Source: Octopus bimaculoides (Eukaryota). Taken from it: a DNA stretch of 64,000 nt. The notes under the pieces were generated by a model. That model was not told the origin of the DNA and did not search any database. It saw only the letters and a program-made list of their open reading frames with translations. Positions within the stretch are counted from its first letter, which is position 1, and each line of letters opens with the position of its first letter. The stretch covers positions 6,199,058-6,263,057 of the forward strand of contig NC_068984.1 of NCBI RefSeq assembly GCF_001194135.2, written 5' to 3'. Below, in pieces: positions 37,820 through 47,830 of the stretch. The position numbers were made by a program, and so were the translations under genes.

Positions 37820-38000
37820 AGGTGGTTTGTTGGTTAGGGCTTTGGGCTCATGATCATAAGATCATTGATTCAATTCCTGAAATGGACGGCATGTTGCATC
37901 CTTGTAAAAGGCACTTAATTTTGTATTGCTCCAGTCATTTCAGCTGAATATGAATACCTGCCTAGGACTGGTGTAGCCCTGCCATTTGCCCTGCTGTTGC
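37820..38000 (+). mobile_element. Old tRNA-derived SINE (distinct family)
   Basis: A-box-like TGGTTTGTTGGTTAG, B-box-like GATTCAATTCC, then CCTTG..AAGGCACTT..TTGCTCCAGTC..TCAGCTG..ATGAATACC. Confidence 0.55.
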
Positions 38001-39566
38001 ATCCTATAGAGAAATCTTATCTATTTTTATGCTCATGTATTATAAAAAACAAACAAACAAATAAAATAAACAAAAAACTGCACGTATAATACATAACTTA
38101 AAAGCAGCGCTGCGGATGTGCCAACACACACACGCTTGAGACATGGCCACCCTCATGCCCTTCTCATGAGGAATTCCAGAAGGAGCTTTGTGAGACCACT
38201 GCAGAGACGCTTCTGGAAAAAGAATTTCAGTAACCATTGGAAAATCGATTATAGCAGTGACTCGATCAATTCCTAGTGATGTCTGAAGAAGGAATTTTTA
38301 TATTCTGAAAAATTATTATATCAGACTATGGATAATTAAATTATAAGTTATTATAGTCTACTCTGCAATGTTGTGCCATTCAAGACATGTTATATTTTAC
38401 AAACAATACACCCATGCCAGCATGGAAAATGGACGTTAAATGACACTGACACCGACGCCACCACCGATGACACAATGCTTCAAGCAAACTACAATACTCT
38501 CCTATTTTAATGCTGTTATTGTATATAATTGAAGAAACAAAAAGTTATTTCCTAACACTAAACTTCTTTAATCTATTACTTACTGTGTATAATTCTAAGC
38601 TTTAAGGATTGTAATATGTGCTATTATGTTGGTTCATTGCTTATATTGCTTGCAATAATGGGCTACTGTTATTTGGTTATCTAACTAGCCCACTCTATGT
38701 GTTTTAATTTAAGCTTCTGTAACAAAAGACTGTTTATGAAGTCCTGCACTTTCCAACAGCTAAAATAATAGAAGCATAGAGAGAGTTATAAAGCTCATTA
38801 TTATAATTATGTATTGACATATCTGATGATGATCGTTACCTTGTTTACAGCAATACCATGATGCATGTTAATATATTCCTGTTGGGTTTTCTTTAAATAA
38901 AGACTACTACCCTTGAGATTACTGTAGCCTGTTCTGCATGAGTTCTTAATCTGTTGATGATACACTGTGTCAGTTCCTTGCATGTTTCATCAGTTTCCTG
39001 GTCAGGCCCTATTTGATGTGGCTCATTACAACTGTGATAACTACACAGGTTGTGTTCTTTGTCACAGCTGGAATAAGATATCTCACCTCCACACATTTGT
39101 TATAAGTTATATTTACACTATTAACATGGTTAATGTTATGATCGTTATTCTCATTGGCAGCATTAACATCACTATTATTATTATTCTTATTAGCTTCACT
39201 ATCGTTATTTCACCAGTTCTCAGCAGTTCTAAATAAAGTGTAACACCCACTCTTTATGGCTTTGATCTCTTACTCCACCAACCAGTGTCCTCTGTTGCTG
39301 TGTGCTTTGGTTCCATCTTCCATCTGGTTGAATATTTGCTTTGTTGCAGATGAGTTACGCTCTGTTCTCGACAGGCAGAATCTGGATACATTTGTTACCA
39401 GTATTGATGCAGTAACTGCCTTGATGATGTAGAAGCATTTATTAAGGTTTTGCCGTGACATTGTTCAATGTTTAGCTTCATTACTTCTGTCCACTTTAGT
39501 TTTCAGCCTCGTCACTAGGTTTTCCTTTAAATTGGTGTATCTTGAGAAAACAAACCATCCTTTACT

Positions 39567-39662
39567 GCATATGCTATCATTTGCTGTATACGCTATCCTT
39601 TGCTGTATATATGCTATCCTTTGCTGTATATATGCTATCCTTTCCTGTATATGCTATCCTTT
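39567..39662. repeat. Minisatellite, ~5 x (ATGCTATCCTTTGCTGTAT)
   Basis: Direct tandem 19-21-bp units. Confidence 0.9.
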
Positions 39663-40216
39663 GAAGTTAACTGTCAGTATCTGCTTTAATGTAAAAACTG
39701 TCTAATGTATAAAATATTAACTTGGGGGAATTATTATTTTTTTATGGTCTTAAAGCTGGTGGGATGTAAAGTGTGGCATTCTAGCAAGAAACGGCCAGAT
39801 GAACATGTCCCTTTGCTGAACTCTCAGTTCAAATCTCATCCTTTTGAGGTTGATGGAGAAAGTATCAGTTGATGTAATCGACAAGCACTTTCCCCTAAAA
39901 TTGCCATGTTTGTGCCTAAATTAGAAATGGTTATTGTTGTTTTTGTTAATGTATACCTCCTCACCATCATCATTAAAGGCAGTGAGTGTCAGATGTCAGA
40001 AAAAGTACAGTGCCGGACTTAATAGCTACGTGAAATTTATTTATGTCTAAAAATCAAATCTCATCAAGGTAGACTTTGCCTTTCATTGATTCAGTGTCAA
40101 TTAATAAATACCAGCCATGTACGGAAATCAATACAGACGTTTACACTTCTCATTCCAAATTTAAGTCTTTGTGTCAATGTTAGAAATAACTATTATTATT
40201 ATTATTATTATTATTA

Positions 40217-40423
40217 TGGCAGAATCGTTAGCACGCCGGGTGAAATGCTTAGCGGTATTTCGTCTGCCGTTACGTTCTGAGTTCAAATTCCACCGAGGTC
40301 GACTTTGCCTTTCATCCTTTCGGGGTCGATAAATTAAGTACCAGTTACGCACTGGGGTTGATATAATCGACTTAATCCCTGCTTGTCCCCTCTATGTTTA
40401 GGCCCTGTGGGCAATAAAGAAAT
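40217..40423 (+). mobile_element. Family-2 tRNA-SINE, young, inserted in (TAT)n
   Basis: Nearly all CpGs retained: GAGGTCGACTTTGCCTTTCATCCTTTCGGGGTCGATAAATTAAGTACCAG; flanked by TAT repeats. Confidence 0.92.
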
Positions 40424-40836
40424 AATTATTATTACTATTATTATTATTAGTAGTAGTAGTAGGAGGAGGAGGAGTGGTAGCTGTTGTGGTTGTTATTGTT
40501 GTAGCAGTAGCAGATGTCTAACCTTTCCTCCTTCATGACAAAATAAGTACCAGTCATATATTGGGGTTCAGTTTAATACCTTATATCATTCCTAGTTAAA
40601 TGTGTAATCTTGTATTGATATTATAAATTATAATTAATCTGTGTTAATCTATGACCTAATGAACAATACCACTGGGTACCACCTTAATTTCTTGAAATTA
40701 TATCCTTTTCCTTCAAGAGTTGGTAACAGCTGTTGCTAGGCTTTTGATTTCTTTCTCTAACTAAAAGGCAAGCCCAAATTATTTGAATTCATGACATTAG
40801 CCCATTCCGGTTATTTCTCTTAGCTCACTCTGTGCA

Positions 40837-40902
<66 letters not shown>

Positions 40903-41467
40903 CGTGCGTGTGTGGGCCTCTGTGTGTGGGTGGCTCACTCACGTCTAAACATCCTTAATTTGTTTTGAAAAATACATATATTTTTGAAATCAAATAATTT
41001 ATAGCTTTATTATTGCATTATAGAGTATTTGGTTATTTCTTTAACAAAAATCAATATATGAAGCTTGTTATATTTAGTTATTTATCATTTTGATCACCAC
41101 TGGTTCTTGTTTGTACTATTCTTCTTGGTCTGCTGCAAATGGATATTCCTTGCTTTTGAAATAGTTCCTCTAAGGATATACTTTCCCAAGTATCTATACA
41201 GTAATCCATACATAAGCTGTGAAAAGAGTACGGACTGTTTATTACATTAGAAAAAGAAGACACTCATATCTCTCTTGTAACTTTGTGCAGCAGTGTTTTT
41301 ATTGCAGAAACTGGGTAGCCTAATGCCATGACTGGTAAACACACACCTACACCATCAAGTTCATCACCTTGAAATAGTCTTGTCAGTTTCAGGCAATATA
41401 TTCTGAAGGATCTGTTTAGTTTGCTCAGATATCTATCTTGATCATCTAGGAGAACAGTAACATTGGA

Positions 41468-41948
41468 TAATACAGTTCTATATTTAAGAGATGTGGAATT
41501 ATTTACATTATTTACATTATTAACATTTGATGGATATTTGTCCTCATATTGGTTGTTGCTAACACTAACGGTTATAATAGATCCTCTCACAGATGAGGGC
41601 ATGTCCTGCCCTTTCCACTACTCTTCTAGCTTTATATGAATCCACTGGTATCATTATATTCAAGCCAGGTGGTATTAGCTTTGAGTCTCTACATCTTCAC
41701 AGGAAAGTTAGAAGGTTTGAGAGACGAGCTAGTTGTTGAAGGAGTTTCTCTATATGTCTCCATTGAAGTCTAATGTCGGCTCCGTACCGATTAGATAATA
41801 CAGTTCTATATTTAAGAGATGAGGAATTATGTACATTATTTACATTATTTACATTTGATGGATATTTGTCCTCATCTTGTTTGTTGTTAACACTTGTGTT
41901 AGCAACAAACAAGATGAGGACAAATATCGGTTAAATGTAAATAATGTA
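41468..41948 (-). mobile_element. Penelope-like element (PLE) truncated insertion: inverted pLTR piece + pLTR + ORF N-terminus + second pLTR, 12-bp TSD
   Basis: TSD AGTAACA(T/C)TGGA at 41456-41467 and 41949-41960. The internal peptide LSNRYGADIRLQWRHIEKLLQQLARLSNLLTFL*RCRDSKLIPPGLNIMIPVDSYKARRVVERAGHALICERI matches the Penelope/Poseidon ORF N-terminus pattern (YG..EK..NHLxFLxRC..IPxGL..A..L..ERI). Confidence 0.85.
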
Positions 41949-42817
41949 AGTAACACTGGAATCATAGAAAGATATTCAGAAAAAAAAAAAAAAAAATGAG
42001 GCCTATTTCTTTGCCGATCTGAACAAAATACTTTCTGACATCAAATTTTGATAACTTTGACTTTTAGGTAAGAAATCTTACAAATTCTGGATTATTTTCT
42101 AGAATTTCTAATGTTCTGTTTAGATATATTCTGTTCTGTTACTACTTGTGAAATTATTCAATTAGGAACTGATGGTCTACTTCCTGACACTAGAAGACAG
42201 TTTTGTGAAAGTGAGGAAAAAAAATCTCTTCAAGATTTTTACTGCTAGATACAATTTTTTTTAACTGCTCACCTTCTTCATTTTGTTGGCATATAGAGGA
42301 AGCCATGAAGACTAAAATAGATATAACTTCTATATAATTACATTTTTAAAAAATGTAAAGTAGTAAAAAAAAAAATAAAACAACCTTCAAAATTATAAAA
42401 AGATTGCACACAAATCTTGAAATCAAACTGAAGTAACAAAATTGGAAATAAAAATAGGGAAAATAAATTTCCAAATAAAATGAAAAAACATATATCACAT
42501 AATCATAGTAATTGAATTATAACAAGAAACCCTTATTTCTACAATATTGCATTTTTTTTTCTTTTTTACATTGAAATAAAATACACACTGTTTTTAGTGT
42601 GTATGTGTATGTTGAATGTGTATAAAAAGTTGTAAAAGTTTGAATCTGAAGGCAGTTTTATTAGACAGTGTGAGTTATAAAATAAATGGTCATATTGGGA
42701 TATAATTTATGAAATTATTTTTGTCTTTAAACAAATTTTCCTATATTTTTGTCTGAAGACTCTTTCTCAGATTTCAGAATTTAGATATAATGTTGATATG
42801 TGCATGTGTGCGTGTTT

Positions 42818-42882
<65 letters not shown>

Positions 42883-43814
42883 CATGTGTGTTTGTGTGTG
42901 CATGCGTGTTTGTGTGTGCATGTGTATCTATCTATCTGTCTATCTATACATTTATATATATATATATACACACACACACATACTGTTTAACAGCTATTTT
43001 TCTACACTAGTATGGGTTAGCAGAATACATCATCGAAGCGTTGTTTTATGGCTAGATATCCTTCCTGTCAAGTTCCAGATTTTCTCAGCAGTTTTGAGAC
43101 TGCTCCAATCTGACCGGCCCCAAGAAAATCTAAGCTGAGAGCACTAGACTCCTTGGAAGCAAGCGAATGCATACAAAAACAAAGACAAAAAAAAAACGCA
43201 GAAATGGTACACAAATGCAAATACAAACAACAGGACATTAACAACAGGTGTCTTTCAACTAAGGACAAATAAAATTAAGCTGGTGTGTGTGTAGTGAAGC
43301 CTTATGACAGGGCCATAGAAGATGAAAGTCATAGGAAGGAATATAGATGTTGCACGGATTGTAGTTGAACCAAGAAAGAATAGTCAGGTTTCGCAGAACA
43401 CTGGTCATGTGGAAGGAGAGGAGAGAGGAGGAGGCAGAGGGATAGAAGAATTAGGGAGGTATGAGAAAGAAAGAAAAAATGAAAAGGGACAGAGTGACGT
43501 AAAAGAGGAGGGAAGGTGAGAATGAAGGAAAGGCCAAGAAATGCGAGGGAGGGAGAGCGAGAAAAAGGAAAGTGGAAAGAACAAAGTAAGTGTGAAGGGG
43601 CTGGAAGAAAAAGAGAGTCATACAGAATTTAGATATATATATATGTGTGTGTACTTACATATAATAGACCAAAAGTGTATGTACACCGGTATATGTATAT
43701 ATAAAAAAAGAATACAAAAAATGGAACAAGAATGTAACAGGCAACAACAAAGCATCCGGACAGTTAGACGATACAATAAAGGACAGGAAAATACAAGGAC
43801 GGATCATACGGAGT

Positions 43815-44025
43815 TTTGTTTGTGTGTCTGTGTTTGTCCCTCCGCCATCACTTGACAACTGATGTTGGTGTGTTTATGTCCCCATAACACAGCGGTTTGG
43901 CAGAAGAGACCGATAGGATAAGTACTAGGCTTACAAAGAATAAGTCCTGGGGTTAGTTTCTTTGACTAAAGGTGATGCTCCAGCATGGCCACATTCAAAT
44001 GGCTGAAACAAGTAAAAGTAAAAAA
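43815..44025 (+). mobile_element. Family-1 SINE 3' half
   Basis: GTGTCTGTGTTTGTCCC..CTTGACAAC..GGCTTACAAAGAATAAGTCCTGGGG..GCTCCAGCATGGCC..GAAACAAGTAAAAG. Confidence 0.88.
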
Positions 44026-44931
44026 ATACATACATACGCACACACACACACACACATGTACATATATATCTAAGTGTGTGTGTGCGTTTGCATGAGGAAA
44101 AGGTACATCTTGGAGCAATGTTTCAAACTTACAACCATGTTTTTTTGGTTTGTGGTTTCTTTATTTTACTTATTTTCACCATTCATAAACCAACCCAGTA
44201 CTTTAGTCCATGTTTCAAATGTCTTTCACTCATTTTGTCAATTCACAGCTGTATTGTGCAGCCTATTTTTTCAATGAGTATTAAACATTGACTGTGCATA
44301 ACCACAGCTGAGGTTCATAACAATAAAACTTGATCCTGTGCACAGTAAGAGAAATTATGCGAATGGATGTTTATGCGATATCAAATGCATATAAATGCTT
44401 AGAATATATATTGTTTCTATAATTTGAACTGTTATAAGTAATTTTTAATGTAAGACACTAGTATATTAGCTTCCCATAAGTTATTTGACAGCTGTTAGAC
44501 AGTCCAACCCTCCACACCAACAGGAATTAAAAGAAACAAAGACGATAATCTAACACTCATGATCAAGATAAGAGATATATATGATAAAGCTGAAAACACA
44601 ACAAACAAAATGTGCTATAAAACTATTTAGCTATGAAGCCAGAAGCGGTGAGTGGGTCACTTCAATATCAAATCATTGAGTAACACACAACTGATCAAAA
44701 CCATAGTAAATATATTGATTGGTTAAAGCAAACTTTAGGGCTGAATAGATTCAATTTCAGACAAATATTGCTACTGATCTTCCTGCTTTAATTCATTCAA
44801 ATGTTCCAGCTGCTTTGGCTGGTATTGAGGTTGTTGTTTCTTTTGTCATATAATATGAATGAATGTAAAGAAATGTAATGAGCAGAAGGTGGATGGTGTG
44901 GAGCAGTAATTAAGTGCAATGTAAGAATGTC

Positions 44932-44991
<60 letters not shown>

Positions 44992-45148
44992 ACATGCACA
45001 TGCATAAAGAGCCTGAACGACAGAGTGTTGAAACACATGAAGAAGTGACAATGCAAACATATCTAACCAGGACTTGACTGAAGAACAGACATTGAATTGA
45101 TGCAGGTCTTTGTTGTTTAGCAGCCATGGTTAGCTCTATGTAGTTTAA

Positions 45149-45373
45149 CCCTTTAGAATTTAAACTGGTCATATCTGGCCCAAATATTCTATTTGTTTTA
45201 TTCTAAAACCGGCCAGATCTGGCTTCACTCACCTACCCCTACAATGACATTCTAAAAATAAACAGCTATATTGTTAAAATCTTGAAACTACTTGAAAGAT
45301 AATGTATGATTAATTCAAGACAATGTGAATAAATAAGCATTACATTTCACCAAGAAATCTGCATGCTAACTGG
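45149..45373. mobile_element. piggyBac-type MITE (family P1), second copy
   Basis: TTAA on both sides; homologous to 25989-26210. Confidence 0.8.
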
Positions 45374-45617
45374 TTAATACCTGACTTGTGACATGATTAA
45401 AGATTTCAGTGCTAGCAGCACAAGAGTCAAATAACACAGTTTGATGTCATGTTTTAAGTTGGATTCTCATGTTTGAAGCCAACCACAGTAAAAGCAGCTG
45501 CTTTGTATCTGAAATGATAACTTACAAGATAACAAGAAAGATCTACACTGATACATCAGCCCAGTCTTTCTTAAAATGATTTTCATTTTCAAAAACTGAA
45601 ATACTATTTCTAATGAA

Positions 45618-45798
45618 ATAATACAGTTCTATATTTTAGAGATGAGGAATTATGTAGATTATTTACATTTGACAGATATTTGTCCTCATCTTGTTTGTTG
45701 TTAGCACAACATTTTGGCTGATGTACTTTCCAGCCTTCATCAGGTGTCCTGGGGGAATTTCAAACCTGGGTACTCATTCCTAAGGTATTTTTCCAATG

Positions 45799-45862
<64 letters not shown>

Positions 45863-45910
45863 CATTATTATTATTATTCAGGTCACTGCTTGGAATCAAA
45901 TTCAAACTCC
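45618..45910 (-). mobile_element. Family-3 SINE copy C: partial tRNA head + (AAT)n + pLTR with hammerhead, complete 3' end
   Basis: Minus strand GATTCCAAGCAGTGACCTG-(AAT)n-CATTGGAAAAATACCTTAGG..GACACCTGATGAAGGCTG..TATAGAACTGTATTAT. Confidence 0.9.
45703..45748 (-). ncRNA. Minimal type I hammerhead ribozyme motif (CpG-decayed)
   Basis: GACAC-CTGATGA-A-GGCTG-GAAAGTACAT-CAGCC-AAAA-TGTT-GTGCT; perfect 5-bp stem II; G12 lost by CG>CA. Confidence 0.65.
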
Positions 45911-46008
45911 TAAGCAGACCTAGTGAGTAGCATATGGGAACCGGTATTAAAGAAGGATAGGAAAATATTAGATTTATAAGCCCTAAAATTCACTCCATAA
46001 TTGCCCAT

Positions 46009-46228
46009 GGGCATATGGTGTAGTGGTTAAGAGTCCAGGCTACTAACACCCAAGATTCCGAGTTCAATTCCAGGCAGTGACCTGAATAATAATAATAATA
46101 ATAATAACATTGGAAAAATACCTTAGGAAAATACCATAAAAATACCTTGGGAATGAGAACCCAGCTGAAACATGTTAACAATAAGCAAGATGAGGACAAA
46201 TATCTGTCAAATGTAAATAATGTAAATA
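46009..46228 (+). mobile_element. Family-3 SINE copy D: full tRNA-like head + (AAT)n + pLTR with the hammerhead deleted; 3'-truncated
   Basis: A box TGGTGTAGTGG (46016-46026), B box GAGTTCAATTCC (46060-46071), anticodon-like loop CTACTAA (cf. tRNA-Ser GCT); body matches copies A-C. Confidence 0.9.
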
Positions 46229-46639
46229 AGGAAGGATTAGGTATGGTGGTTATGTGGAGCTTAGAGACAAGGCAGAGGTCAGGTGAGACAAAACATAGAT
46301 GATGAGCATTGGTTGTGCTTAGAATCTGGTGGAGGCAGCACAAGATGAGAGAGTTTTGAAGAGCTGAAGGAATTGTAATAAGGCTGTCTGTCTGTCTCAT
46401 TGATGAGTTTGATCAACTGAATTACCTACTCATTGAGCTAGCATGCAGGTGGCTGAATATTCCACAGACACCAATACACCATCATTATCTTATAACATTT
46501 ACTGTCCATGCTGGCATGGGTTGGATATAACTCTCAGGCATGACTGGACTTTTAAATTTTATGTTACTATCACATATACTCGAAAAACTGGTGTGTGTAT
46601 ATGTGTGAGGTTCTTGTATCTACTTCTTGTAAGCAGCTC

Positions 46640-47830
46640 ACTCATGCTTAAACATCATCAGTTCCTCATTAGACAAAACTTTCTTTGAGAGTCACACATC
46701 TCAACCATTTCCTCTTCTATGAATTCTTAAATATACCTTGCCGCTCTTGATGTTAACTTTCTTCTGGTTAAAAAAAAAGCCACAACTATAAAGTCTGTAA
46801 TAAAGTTTGGTCATATGTTTTGCCAAACCTCATTAGCAGTCAAGTATCTTCCTTCATCATATCACCAGGCTATGTTGCCCTTGGCATCCAGAATGTTGAA
46901 TTTCTGGAAGTTTCTAACTGTGAATTTTATCCCCCATATCAATTGCTTTGATGAGCTGTTTGAAAGTCCATCACAGATAATGTTAATGTTGGCTATCATA
47001 CTATGTTGCACTGGCTGGAGCAAAGAAGTTGTATTCCTGGGAATATATTCCACCCAATTATTAGCAGAATGAACATGTAAGTTAATTGAGTGGTTTGGTG
47101 AAGTGACTATAAGGTGCAAAGTTTCATGAGAAATATTACACCTGGCACTGTGCCTTTCTATAGCAGCGTAAAGAATTTTGTAAACCAGTCTTGGAAATGT
47201 TTTGCAGTCATCCAAGTCTTGTTACTTAAATGCAAAAGCAACATCACAGTAGATTAAATTTTGTCCTTAAAAACCTTGGATTTTCAGAGTGATAAAAGCT
47301 TTAATTTTATATCACTGCATTTCTTCTCACAAGAAGCATTAGAAGATTTCTGGAGGCTTTAAAATCCAGTGATGAATTTTTTCGTAAGGAAAACATTTCT
47401 TAGCAGCCAAATGTTTCCAGAGAAGTTTAGTTTCACCAACATTGTACACACTGATGTGTAACCTCCTTCAGTCATCATTTTCTTTAACTCTTCATGCCAA
47501 TTAGTAGCAGCCTCTCTATCACTACTAGCAACTTCACTAGTCATATGAATATTGTGCAAATTAAGATGCCTCTTAATCCTTTCAAACCAGCCTTTACTAG
47601 TAAGATAGTTTTCAATTAGAAATTACACCTGTCTGTTTCTTCAGATAAATGAGTAACTGATAGAGCACTTGACCTAATTTTGTTATGTGACATAATGTGA
47701 TATATTTTTCTGTTAACATTATTGTACAATTACAATGCAAAAAGTATTTTCACAAAATAGCTGAGATGTTCTTCTATATCAAATCTCAGTAAAACATCAA
47801 GATTAACATCCAATATGTGGTTTCTTTTCA
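46640..47830 (-). mobile_element. Tigger/pogo-family (CENP-B-like HTH + DDE_1) transposase pseudogene
   Basis: Frameshifted segments: LKRNHILDVNLDVLLRFD; HNIHMTSEVASSDREAATNWHEELKKMMTEGGY; VEYIPRNTTSLLQP; FQKFNILDA; NEVWQNI*PNFITDF; LSNEELM. All are collinear with Tigger/TIGD motifs. Confidence 0.88.

Noticed and set aside
46009-46082. tRNA gene
   Set aside because: A and B boxes are present, but the anticodon stem is broken, there is no convincing acceptor stem, and it is fused to a repeat body. It is a SINE head.
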